Shown: positions 53,351 to 60,020 of the stretch, one piece after another
How the letters are laid out: each line of letters starts with the position of its first letter
How positions within the stretch are numbered: position 1 is the first letter of the stretch
From: Paragordius varius
Taxonomy: Eukaryota > Animalia > Nematomorpha
Length of the DNA: 64,000 bases
Direction of reading: 5' to 3'
Assembly (NCBI GenBank): GCA_964247055.1
Contig: OZ176058.1
Span: 124,001-188,000 of the forward strand
Program-made: the position numbers and the translations under genes
The notes under the pieces: model-generated
The model's database searches: none
Told to the model about the DNA's origin: nothing
Seen by the model: only the letters and a program-made list of their open reading frames with translations

Positions 53351-54250
53351 TTCACACTTTGCTATACTAAATATAATAAGTTATAATCAAAAAAATCAAA
53401 ATTTATATTAAATAAAAAAAATATGTCTTTATATTATCAAGTTTTGTCCTTCCGTATAATTTCAGTTTTTACTCTATATTTTATAAAATTAAATAATTTA
53501 AAAGATTTAAAAAAATAGGGGTGGTTTAAAGAAATTTGTCTAAATAATTTCATTTTTAAGTTATAAAATTTCATCATAAAACTAATTTTACAGTTGTAAT
53601 TAAATATTGTAACCAAAGGTTTTAAAAGTATGTCTTTTAAAAAAAAATGCCTAATAATTTCATTTTTAAGTTATAAAATTCAATATAAAACTAATTTTAC
53701 TGTATATTTTACAGTTGTAATTAAATAATTTAATCTTTTGGTTTAAAAAGTAATATGTATGTCTTTTAAATTTGCCTAATAATTTCATTTTTAAGTTATA
53801 AAATTCAAAATAAAACTAATTTTATTGTATTTTCAGTTATAATTTAATATTTTGGTTTTAAATAGTATGATGTCTTTTAAAGAAATTTGCTTAATAATTT
53901 CCTTTTTAAGGTATTAAATTCAATATAAAACTAATTTTACATTAAATATTTTAAGAGAAGGTTTTTAAAAAATAGGATGTCTTTTAAAGAAAATTGCCTA
54001 ATAATTTCATTTTACTGTATAAAATTTCAATAAATAAAATTATTACTGTATTTTTAGGTTGATCGCTGATATAATATTGTACATTACAGGTTAGATATTT
54101 GTTTTGAGGTGAACATTGTTCCAGCTGTTTTTGATTTTCTTTTTGATTTTGTTGAAAATTTTTAAAATTTTCAGAGATGGCGCATTTGTCCGAATCGCTA
54201 TCAGCTGATGTGCTTTTTAAAGATGAATTTGAAGGAGTTAGAATAACCAT
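2046..54250 (-). CDS. FHOD: FH1/FH2 domain-containing formin (FHOD1/FHOD3/Fhos family), 26 coding exons, about 1734 aa
   Basis: Manual splicing gives one open frame of 5205 nt with GT-AG introns and matching phases. FHOD hallmark motifs appear in the expected order: [92 protein letters not shown], a polyproline FH1, [61 protein letters not shown]-like [11 protein letters not shown] and a basic tail. The start codon is less certain than the rest. Confidence 0.95.
3880..5470. repeat. Head-to-tail array (about 12 copies) of the MITE-1 right arm
   Basis: TTTTGTCCGTATAATTTCAATTTTTACTGTA recurs about every 120-175 bp (about 3890, 4066, 4190, 4313, 4482, 4650, 4785, 4915, 5048, 5187, 5317, 5445). 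Confidence 0.85.
5588..5999 (-). CDS. FHOD: FHOD exon 25 (SIKKIPTS...[11 protein letters not shown])
   Basis: TTAG|TCA ... A|GTAAGT; 412 nt; open frame. Confidence 0.88.
6773..7062. mobile_element. MITE family 1 copy, right end degenerate
   Basis: TACAGTAAAAACCGAAATT...GGACAAAACG left arm; TTTTGTCCGTATAATTT right arm. Confidence 0.7.
7140..8990 (-). repeat. Tandem array of exon 24 3' end + donor (10 extra copies)
   Basis: CTTACATCAATTATCATTTTTCCACG..TTAAGTTTCGTTC at about 7164, 7352, 7582, 7769, 7936, 8073, 8239, 8401, 8581, 8711. Confidence 0.92.
8937..9177 (-). CDS. FHOD: FHOD exon 24 ([10 protein letters not shown]...[11 protein letters not shown]...TRGKMIID)
   Basis: CTAG|A ... GAT|GTAAGG; 241 nt. 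Confidence 0.95.
9402..9679. mobile_element. MITE family 1 copy
   Basis: TACAGTTAAAA...GGACAAAACG to TTGTCCGTATATTTTTACTGTA. Confidence 0.7.
10214..10288 (-). CDS. FHOD: FHOD exon 23 ([24 protein letters not shown])
   Basis: TCAG|A ... CG|GTTAAT; 75 nt. Confidence 0.95.
10560..11160 (-). repeat. Acceptor + exon 23 start, 3 extra copies
   Basis: AAGCA(C/A)AATCATTCAAGAATTCGGACATTCTGACAAAAAAAT at about 10605, 10905, 11107. Confidence 0.9.
12562..12677 (-). CDS. FHOD: FHOD exon 22 ([12 protein letters not shown]...[10 protein letters not shown])
   Basis: ATAG|GTT ... AG|GTAAAA; 116 nt. Confidence 0.95.
13296..13660. mobile_element. MITE family 2 copy
   Basis: TATACCATTTACAATTC ... GGGTGAATTTGAATTG ... 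TGTAAATGTTATA. Confidence 0.75.
14150..15520 (-). repeat. Exon 21 3' end + donor, about 8 extra copies
   Basis: AAATACTCTTGAAGATCGAAC at about 14160, 14260, 14395, 14725, 14957, 15183, 15337, 15482. Confidence 0.88.
15708..15869 (-). CDS. FHOD: FHOD exon 21 ([18 protein letters not shown]...VRSSR)
   Basis: TTAG|TGT ... AGA|GTATTT; 162 nt. Confidence 0.95.
16030..17790 (-). repeat. Acceptor + exon 21 start, about 10 extra copies
   Basis: TATCTTTGATTTCTGGTAATTTCCCCAAATATTCAATGTGGAAACCAAAACACTAATAAAA at about 16040, 16371, 16587, 17011, 17160, 17369, 17561, 17720; partial at 16748 and 16876. Confidence 0.92.
18215..18517. mobile_element. MITE family 1 (Tc1/mariner-like, TA-flanked, about 260-300 bp), reference copy
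   Basis: TA|CAGTAAAAA(T)TGAAATTATACGGACAAAACGTAAAAATATAAAGAC... long imperfect TIR ...TTTTGTCCGTATAATTTCAATTTTTACTG|TA. There is no ORF. CAGT termini with a TA duplication are typical of Tc1/mariner. Confidence 0.85.
18792..18911 (-). CDS. FHOD: FHOD exon 20 (DIAEPLMDL...VGNFLNGTQ)
   Basis: (TA)nG|GAT ... CAG|GTTTAT; 120 nt. Confidence 0.96.
19055..19338. mobile_element. MITE family 2 (TA-flanked; arms built of ~21-bp GGGTGAATTTGAATTGTTCAA subrepeats), reference copy
   Basis: TA|TACCATTTACAGTTCGAA ... TTCGAACTGTAAATGGTA|TA terminal inverted repeat. Confidence 0.8.
19534..19716. repeat. Degenerate fold-back inverted repeat, probable old MITE
   Basis: TATACATTTTAATGGCTGTTTGATTCACACTACAGTAGGACAATT...CACAGTA pairs imperfectly with TACTGTGTTGTCAATTGCCCCCAACTATAGTGTGAAATAATCAACCATTAAAATGCATA. 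Confidence 0.65.
19870..23370 (-). repeat. Exon 19 3' end + donor, about 24 extra copies
   Basis: AAAAGGGGTAAAA(T/A)ATTACCCTTTCTATGGTTTCATA repeated every 110-270 bp. Confidence 0.92.
23373..23558 (-). CDS. FHOD: FHOD exon 19 ([12 protein letters not shown]...[15 protein letters not shown])
   Basis: CTAG|AAA ... AGG|GTAATA; 186 nt. Confidence 0.96.
23995..26420 (-). repeat. Exon 18 3' end + donor, about 8 extra copies
   Basis: AACCTCAATTCCTTC(A/G)CGATTTATAATGCTAGAATCCATTTTATAGATGG at about 24001, 24422, 24742, 25067, 25497, 25903, 26123, 26333. Confidence 0.9.
26783..26938 (-). CDS. FHOD: FHOD exon 18 (...[19 protein letters not shown]...REGIE)
   Basis: CTAG|AAC ... GAG|GTTTTT; 156 nt. Confidence 0.96.
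27425..28500. mobile_element. Cluster of MITE family 1 left-arm duplicates ending in a full copy (28210-28498)
   Basis: Left arms at about 27427, 27600, 27890 and 28210; right arm ...TTTTTACTGTA at 28500. Confidence 0.7.
28842..28946 (-). CDS. FHOD: FHOD exon 17 ([10 protein letters not shown]...[17 protein letters not shown])
   Basis: TCAG|AAT ... AAA|GTTATA; 105 nt. Confidence 0.93.
29041..29301. mobile_element. MITE family 1 copy
   Basis: TA|CAGTAAAAATTAAAATTATACGGACC ... TTTTGTCC...TTTTTACTG|TA. Confidence 0.8.
29340..29425. mobile_element. Possible hAT (Buster/Charlie-like) right terminus
   Basis: TTCGGCCCGTGC...AAATACCCCTG followed by GTTTAAAC (nnnTAnnn-type 8-mer). No matching left end found. 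Confidence 0.35.
29593..29774 (-). CDS. FHOD: FHOD exon 16 (...[12 protein letters not shown]...), FH2 start
   Basis: TTAG|CA ... AAG|GTAAAC; 182 nt. Confidence 0.95.
30075..30366. mobile_element. MITE family 1 copy
   Basis: GGACAAAACATAAAAATATAAAGAC left arm; TTTTGTCCGTATAAT...TTTTACTGTA right arm. Confidence 0.7.
30780..32150 (-). repeat. Composite array: exon 15 donor copies interleaved with MITE-1 right arms
   Basis: CTAACCTT(TT/GG)AGTGTATTA at about 30990, 31283, 31430, 31757, 31940, each preceded by TTTCAATTTTTACTGTAAATAAA. Confidence 0.75.
32156..32783 (-). CDS. FHOD: FHOD exon 15 (linker, [15 protein letters not shown]1 polyproline)
   Basis: TTAG|CCA ... G|GTTAGT; 628 nt; [22 protein letters not shown] and [20 protein letters not shown]. 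Confidence 0.93.
32809..33096. mobile_element. MITE family 1 copy filling most of intron 14
   Basis: CAGTAAAAATTGAAACTATACGGAC ... GTCCGTATAATTTCAGTTTTTACTG|TA. Confidence 0.8.
33222..34045 (-). CDS. FHOD: FHOD exon 14, S/N/T-rich linker
   Basis: (TA)nG|GC ... GAG|GTTGGT; 824 nt; contains the 269-aa ORF of the supplied track. Confidence 0.88.
34342..34842. mobile_element. MITE family 2 copy
   Basis: TACCATTTAC left end, TTGAACAATTCAAAT subrepeats, AACTGTAAATGGTA right end. Confidence 0.65.
35090..36110. repeat. Intronic satellite, about 110-bp unit, about 10 copies
   Basis: TTTAGTTATAAGTCCAAGAAAACTAAAACTCTATATTATGAAAAAATCAAATTTTCATA repeated. Confidence 0.88.
36142..36236 (-). CDS. FHOD: FHOD exon 13 ([31 protein letters not shown])
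   Basis: TTAG|G ... G|GTTTTA; 95 nt; phases fit both neighbours. Confidence 0.82.
36594..36905. mobile_element. MITE family 1 copy
   Basis: TA|CAGTAAAATCTGAAATTATACGG left arm; degenerate right arm. Confidence 0.7.
37030..37790 (-). repeat. Exon 12 3' end + donor copies and 24-bp minisatellite
   Basis: AATTTACTTTTTATGGCCATTTTCATTGA at about 37275, 37450, 37595; TTATTTTCATTATTAGTTACATAA tandem units. Confidence 0.8.
37796..38081 (-). CDS. FHOD: FHOD exon 12 (TSSSKLN...[11 protein letters not shown]...NSHK)
   Basis: CTAG|AA ... AA|GTAAAT; 286 nt; ELRNQCNKY resembles the FH3-end DLRTQLVLY; Asn-rich repeats. Confidence 0.82.
38200..39170 (-). repeat. Acceptor + exon 12 start, 4-5 extra copies
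   Basis: GGAAGTTTCTAGAA..AATAAATAGATGGAGTAT at about 38340, 38550, 38720, 38920. Confidence 0.85.
40123..40305 (-). CDS. FHOD: FHOD exon 11 (...[23 protein letters not shown]...)
   Basis: TTAG|GA ... G|GTAAAA; 183 nt; matches [22 protein letters not shown]. Confidence 0.9.
40390..40940 (-). repeat. Acceptor + exon 11 start, about 6 short copies
   Basis: TTATTGC(A/G)AATTTCAGTTAAATTTCCTAAAA at about 40400, 40540, 40570, 40690, 40815, 40905. Confidence 0.78.
41615..41714 (-). CDS. FHOD: FHOD exon 10 ([21 protein letters not shown]...), non-conserved insert
   Basis: TTAG|TTT ... G|GTAATT; 100 nt. It is a GC island and is required to bridge the phase-0 exon 9 to the phase-1 start of exon 11. 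Confidence 0.8.
42259..42353 (-). CDS. FHOD: FHOD exon 9 ([12 protein letters not shown]...[12 protein letters not shown])
   Basis: TTAG|AA ... AAG|GTTTTT; 95 nt; matches PWANLVSILEE...ELLVYTVTLINK. Confidence 0.92.
42640..43150. mobile_element. MITE family 1 copy with duplicated right arms
   Basis: GAAATTATACGGACAAAATG left arm; three TTTG(T/G)TC(T/C)GTATAA-type right arms. Confidence 0.6.
43506..43611 (-). CDS. FHOD: FHOD exon 8 ([22 protein letters not shown]...)
   Basis: TTAG|TTC ... G|GTATAT; 106 nt. Confidence 0.95.
45244..45338 (-). CDS. FHOD: FHOD exon 7 ([11 protein letters not shown]...WLYSLVNSQ)
   Basis: TTAG|TTTTAGGT ... CAG|GTAAAA; the upstream AG restores the family spacing YILR-x-LGQ. 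A second in-frame AG lies 6 nt downstream. Confidence 0.93.
46412..46517 (-). CDS. FHOD: FHOD exon 6 (EDKDLVQEF...QNYILR)
   Basis: TCAG|GAA ... A|GTTATT; 106 nt. Confidence 0.95.
47504..47571 (-). CDS. FHOD: FHOD exon 5 ([22 protein letters not shown])
   Basis: ATAG|AA ... CAA|GTAAGA; 68 nt; matches LRRSLFSLKQIFQ. Confidence 0.95.
48899..48957 (-). CDS. FHOD: FHOD exon 4 ([19 protein letters not shown])
   Basis: TTAG|A ... G|GTTAAT; 59 nt; matches LILRTQLSVRVNAIL. Confidence 0.92.
50321..50526 (-). CDS. FHOD: FHOD exon 3 (PSDAALQ...[16 protein letters not shown]...)
   Basis: ATAG|CCC ... GA|GTAAAA; 206 nt; matches DCALQ...YLDTELSLEEQ. Confidence 0.92.
51076..51211. mobile_element. MITE family 3: 136-bp Tc1/mariner-like element with 35-bp TIR
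   Basis: TA|CAGTAGCGTATGGCATAAAACATTATTAGTCCATA ... TATGGACTAATATTGTTTTATGCCATACGCTACTG|TA; 34/35 identity between arms; sits beside a (TA)n tract. Confidence 0.88.
51572..51819. mobile_element. MITE family 2 copy
   Basis: TACCATATACAATTCAAAT ... GGGTGAATTAAAACTGTAAATGGTA|TA. Confidence 0.75.
52229..52369 (-). CDS. FHOD: FHOD exon 2 (SADLNSG...VKFLNAPLK)
   Basis: TTAG|TCA ... AAA|GTAATT; 141 nt; matches GBD HRLLGAPLK. Confidence 0.9.
52486..53480. mobile_element. Nested or adjacent MITE family 1 copies (e.g. 52632-52942, 53166-53475)
   Basis: Several TACAGTAAAAATTGAA left arms and TTTTACTGTA right arms. Confidence 0.65.
53520..54040 (-). repeat. Intron 1 array adjoining the exon 1 donor, about 5 copies
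   Basis: GTCTTTTAAAGAAATT(T)GCCTAATAATTTCATTTTTAAG repeated. Confidence 0.75.
54047..54250 (-). CDS. FHOD: FHOD exon 1 (MVILTPSN...[18 protein letters not shown])
   Basis: ATG at 54250 with an in-frame TAA 6 nt upstream; TCNVQY resembles the FHOD CRVQYL motif; donor ACA|GTAATA, phase 0. The true start could lie in an unseen upstream exon. Confidence 0.75.
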
Positions 54251-54289
54251 TTTTTAAATATGATTAATACTATCTTACAAAGCCGAATT

Positions 54290-55780
54290 AATTGGTTTAT
54301 TGTTCTTGCTGTTTTTGTTGATTTTGTTGGAAATTTTTAAAATTTTCTGAGATGGCGCATTTTTCAGAGACCTCGCGATCAGCTGATGTGCTTTTTGAAG
54401 ACGAATTCGAAGGAGAATTAGTAGATGATAAATTTAGAATGACCATTTTTCAAAAGCGTTTAATACGACTTGAAATTTTTGAAATTTTCTGAGATGGCGC
54501 ATTTGTCCGAATCGCGATCAGCTGATGTGCTTTTTGAAGATGAATTTGAAAGAGAATTAGTAGATGATAAATTTAAAATAACCATTTTTTATATGCGTTT
54601 AATTTTGAAATTTTCTGAGATGGAGCATTTTTCCGGGAGCTCACTATCAGCTGATGTACTTTTTGAAGATGAATTTGAAGGAGATGATAATGTCGAATTC
54701 AGAATAACCATTTTTTATATGTGTTTAATACGACTTGGAAATTTGAAATTTTCTGAGATGGCGCATTTGTCCGAGACCTCGCGATCAGCTGATGTGCTTT
54801 TTGAAGATAAATTTGAAGGAGTTAGAATAACCATTTTTAAAAATATGCGAGGATTTATAAAAAGTTAATCTAACAAAGTCCAATTAATTGGTTTATTGTT
54901 CTAGCTGTTTTTGTTTTTGATTTTCTTTTTGATGATTTTGTTGAAAATTTTTGAAAATTTTAGAGATGGCGCATTTGTCCGAATCGCGATCAGCTGATGT
55001 GCTTTTCGAAGATCAATTTAAAGGAGAAATAGATGATAAATTTAAAATAACCATTTTTTAAAAGCGTTTACGATTTATAAAAAGTTAATCTTACAAAGTT
55101 AAATTATTAGGTTTTATTTTCGAAATAAACTCTTTAGTTATATGTGCGAACAAAAAAGTATTATAGTATTCATAAATTGCTTTTAAAAGGGAGAAAATAT
55201 CTGGCTGTTCAATAGCGATAATAAAGTTTAGAAAAGATTTTTTTCCATATAATCTTATGAAACCCAAATAGTTTTATTTTTGAAACGATAATAAGATTTA
55301 GAAAAATTTAGTAATCACCATCTTTTTTACTTGTTTTAATTTTGTGAATTTTTCATTAATAAGAAAATATTAAATGATGAATAATTTTAGAGGTATAAAC
55401 GTTTTTTAACGAAAGAATAGATATTTGAGAATTATTAGTCAGCTGATGATTATAAAATATTTTACAAATACCATTTCATATACGTTTTACAGTAAGGATT
55501 CAAAACTCATATAATTTTCTTTGAATAAAACGCCCGACATAAGTTTTTGAGAGATGGCGGATATATCCGAGGTTGATATCAGCTGATTATATATGATGAA
55601 AAATTAGTTGTATGTATTATTTTTAACATATATTGAATTTACAAATACACCATTTCATATATATGTTTTACAGTAAGGATTCAAAGCTTATATAATTTTC
55701 TTTGAATAAAACGCCCGATCACAAGCGTAAGTTTTTTGAGAGGTGGCGGATATATTTGAGCTTGATATCAGCTGATATTA
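54290..55780 (-). repeat. Array of FHOD start-codon region copies (5 close, 2-3 degenerate)
   Basis: GAGATGGCGCATTTGTCCGAATCGCGATCAGCTGATGTGCTTTTTGAAGATGAATTTGAAGG...AATAACCAT repeated at about 54350, 54490, 54617, 54755, 54962; degenerate at about 55440, 55550, 55740. Confidence 0.9.
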
Positions 55781-56877
55781 ACAGAATATATAAATTTTTT
55801 GGATATAGGTTTTAATAAGTAGAAATCGGTTGATTTTAGTTATATCCATATATATATGTATATGAATCTATATGAATAAAAAATATAATTATATAATATG
55901 TTTAAAAAAATGGAAATAAAAAGAAAATTATTAATATTATATTAAAATATTAATAAATATTAATTATAAATAATTTAAAATATTGATAATATATTAATTA
56001 TAAGAAATTAAAAGTTGATAATAATTTAAATTATATTTATAAAATAAATAAAATTCAAAAATAAATATTTATTAAAATGAAATTAAAACGAAATTAAAAG
56101 TTAATAATAATATTTTAAATATATAAAAGGGATAAAATTTTAATATAATAACGAAAATCAAATATTAAAATATTCACAAAATTATTAATGAAAATTTTAT
56201 TTAAAATGAAATTAAAAGTTTTTAATAATAATTTTTTGATAAATTTTAAATATATAAAACGAAAATCAAATATTAATAAAACTATTAATAAAATTATTAA
56301 TAAAAAGTTTAAATTTAATTAATTAAATTTAAATATTAAAAAATTACCTGTGCGAAAAAAAAATTCGAATATAATTTGAAATAAATGTCCTTTTTTGGCT
56401 TAATCACAAAAGTAAATAAATAAAAGGTAAAAATTAAACAAATAAATAAAAATTCTTAAATAAATAAACAATTTAGCTATTTTTTTATTTTTTTTTAAAT
56501 TTATTTTCATATAATTAAATTTTAAAAATATTTAATATATATTTATAAAAAAAATTTATATTAAAAAAGTTAAAATATTATATCCTAATTTATAAATAAT
56601 AAAAAATTTTATTAATATTTTTTAATAATTAAATATCAATAAAATGCAAAAAAATATTATTATAATTGAATATTATTTTAATTAAAAATAAAAAAATATT
56701 TTTGATAAGATATACCAATTAATTATATATATATATATCAATAAAAAAATTTTAATTTTCAAAATTCGAAAATATATTATTTTAATTCATTACAGATAAA
56801 ATTAAATAAAATATATAAATTTTTGATAAATATTTTTTTTACAAATATATCAAATTTTATTAATTTATATTAATTTG

Positions 56878-56916
<39 letters not shown>

Positions 56917-58835
56917 TATCAATTTTTTACAAATATGAAAAATATTTAATTTTAGATAAAAAAAATTATTTATTACAAAAATAAATTTACACCTGGCGAT
57001 ATCTATTAAAGAGCGCAAAAAAAATTTGCAATAAAAATATTTTTTATATAAAATATAATTTTATTAAAATATTTAATTTAAAATAATTTTAAATATTTCT
57101 AATACTAAAATCTAATGTTTGATAAAATTAAATAAAAAAAGTAAATATTTATATTTTTAATAAAAAAATATATTTATTTCAATATTTTTAATCATTAATT
57201 AATATTAAAACTAATATCAAAAACTAAAAAAAGTATTTATGAAATTAATATAAAAAAAATAATTAAATATTTATATAATAAAAAAAATAAATATTCTTAA
57301 AAAAAATAAAATATATTATATTATTTAAATTATTTAGATAAAAAATAAATATTTTAAATCTAATAGTTAGTGTTTATAATAAAATCAAATAAAAACAATA
57401 AATAATTCAAATAAATATTCTATAAAAAAATTAAATTAAATTTTAAAATATATAAAATATACCTGAATAATATAATTGAATTATATTAAATTAACAAAAT
57501 TAATATAATTTTCATTGCATAATAAAAACACAAAAAATAATAAAATTAAGAATACATATTTCAAATATTTCTTTTATTTTTTTTTTATGTTTTTATAATT
57601 TTTTTATATATTTTATCTTTTTATATTTATATATTTTTTTATTTGAGAAATTATCGATTATTTATCGAACAGAATATTAAAAATTAGAATAAATATAAAA
57701 ATAAAAATTATTCAAGATTTTTTATGTTTTCGAATAAAAAATATGTGTGTTTTTATAATAAATATAAAAAATTAGATTTCTATATCAAATATTCTTCTAA
57801 ACCTATTAAAAAAATAAAAAATATTTATAATATTATAATTATTAATTTTATAAATAAATTAATTTTAAATTTTAAAAAAAGAATTAAAATTAAAAGATTT
57901 AAATTTAAAAATTAGATATATATATTAATTTTAAATTTAAAATAAAATAAAAAGTATTAACATATTTTATTTATTAGTTGAAAATTTTTTTGAAAATAAA
58001 TATTAAATTAAGATATTTACTAATTTAATAAGTATTTAAAATAAGTTTAAATTAAAAAATTTTATTAAAAAAATTATTTTATATTAATTTTATTAATAAA
58101 ATATATATTGATATCAAAAAAATTATATTTTTATATAATTTTGGTTTTAAATTTTTAAATTAAATATTATTAGAAAAAAAACAGAAAAAACACAGTTTAT
58201 TTTAAGGGTTAATTACCTATAAAATATTTGCATAGTTTATCAAATCTTATTTAAATTTTTTTATATAAAAATAATAATAATTTTTAAAATTCATATAAAT
58301 AAATATATTATAATAAATTAAAAATCTTTAATTAAAAATCATAATGTGATTTTTACAAAATTATTTTATTTTTTTCAAAAAAATTATTTTATTTTTCACA
58401 AAATATATTTTTAAAAAAATTATATATTTAATTTTTTTAGAAATTAATTAAAAAAATCAATATTTTAATTTATAATTAAATGAAAAAATTTACAATAAAA
58501 AAAATGAATTCTTTAAAATATAATCTATAAATTTAAAAAATTTTATAAAGATTAATATTAAAAATATTAATTTCGATATATTCAATTTTTAAGTTTATTT
58601 AAATAATAAAAACAATATTGGTTATTTTTTAAGGTCACTCAACTGATAAGGTCAGATCTAATTACAAAATTTTTATATATTTATTGAAGTTTTCTTTAAT
58701 ATATTTTTTTATATATAACAACTAATTTTTAGCTATAATATTAAAAAAATAAACTTTAAAATCAGGAAAATATAATTTGATTCTAAAATATCTTTATAAA
58801 ATCTAAAATAAGATTATATAACATATTTTAAATAT

Positions 58836-59110
58836 ACAGTAAAAACGAATGAACAAAATGTAAAAATAGAAAGAGAAATATTTTAATTTAAAAAAAAACC
58901 ATACGTTTAAAACCTTATTTTTTCCTATAAATATTTAGTTACTATTTTAAAATATAAGATGTGATTGTGTTACAATGTATATCTTTATTTCACACTTTGC
59001 CATTTAAAGCAATGAGTTATATGGAAATATATTAAAATTTAAAAGGTATGGTTGTCTGTTGAAAAAAATATTAGTTTTTATATTTTTACGTATTTATTCA
59101 GTTTTACTAT
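58836..59110. mobile_element. MITE family 1 copy, degenerate
   Basis: TATACAGTAAAAACG left arm; TTCAGTTTTACTATA right arm. Confidence 0.55.
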
Positions 59111-59512
59111 ATATATATAATATTACAAAAATTTTATTCATTTATGGTAAATAATTGCTTTCAAAAAGTTTAATCTAAATAGTTATCGGTTTTTTCATCG
59201 CCCTTTCACAATAATTAAATTTTTACTTTATAATTTAAATTTTAGTTTATATTTTAATTTTATTTTTTACGTTTGACAAAGATTTTTAGTTTATATATTA
59301 ATTTTATTTTTTACGTTTGACAAAGATTACTTGTAATAAATTTATATAATTTTAGCTAAATTATAATTGCTTATATAATAATAACATATATACTTTCACA
59401 GTTTATTTGAATAAGTTATGAAAATTGAATTTTTTTTGTTAAATTTCAACAATTAAATTTTTTTATAATTTTTCCTTATTTATATTTTATTTTATTTAAT
59501 GCCTATGCTCCA

Positions 59513-60020
59513 CAGGGGGTCTAATACGCGACCCGCAATAAAATTGATAATTTGCAATATATATACTTAAAAATCTTGAAAAATTAAAATTCTTTAAACT
59601 CCCCCTCCATGCAATTCGTTGTAATTTTAGAAAATAATTAAATTTAAACTGTGGTCATGACATACCATTTATTAGGGGGTGATTTTTGATGTATTAAATA
59701 AAATAATAACTTTTTAATGCAAATTTTTTGAAGAAAAGCATTTTTTTAAAAATCCGCGCGCCTTTAACTATAGGCATCTGTTCAGATATAAAAATGCAAA
59801 ACTCTCCGGAAATTAGACTGCTATCTATAAATATTATTATAAAAGGACTATTTAAAATTTATGTGCTTCAACATTGCATAAGTGTTATATAAGTCTCTAG
59901 AACAGTTAATTCATTTTTTGCTTAGCTGTTTGATATATTTGCAAATATTTTTAATCAAATAAATATATTTAAAAATTAAACAAATCTGGGCCGCAAAAAA
60001 GGAGTTTAACAGCCTCATGC
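59513..60020. mobile_element. Possible degenerate hAT-like non-autonomous element
   Basis: CAGGGGGTCTAATACGCGACCCGC left end; GGGCCGC...GAGTTTAACAGCCTC putative right end; locally raised GC; no clear target-site duplication. Confidence 0.35.

Noticed and set aside
54470-54868. 132-aa plus-strand ORF with three MAHLSE..SADVLFED repeats
   Set aside because: It is the antisense reading of the start-codon array, open because the units differ by multiples of 3. It begins at a non-ATG codon in the track and has no recognisable homology. It could be revisited if plus-strand RNA exists.
57645-57672. DRE-like TATCGAT words and assorted AATAAA/TATA motifs
   Set aside because: They are imperfect matches, and such words are uninformative at this AT content without TSS or polyA data.
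6140-57915. Remaining 60-80 aa F/I/K/L/N-rich ORFs in the track (e.g. 6140, 9638, 10844, 14761, 31806, 33059, 35760, 37402, 44770, 50980, 57724)
   Set aside because: They have the composition expected from chance ORFs in about 90% AT DNA, MITEs or satellites.
58205-58225. TTTTATAG|GTAATT possible recursive splice site
   Set aside because: The same ATAGGTAATT word is an internal part of MITE family 2 (13388, 19149, 34733) and is flanked by a MITE-2 remnant.
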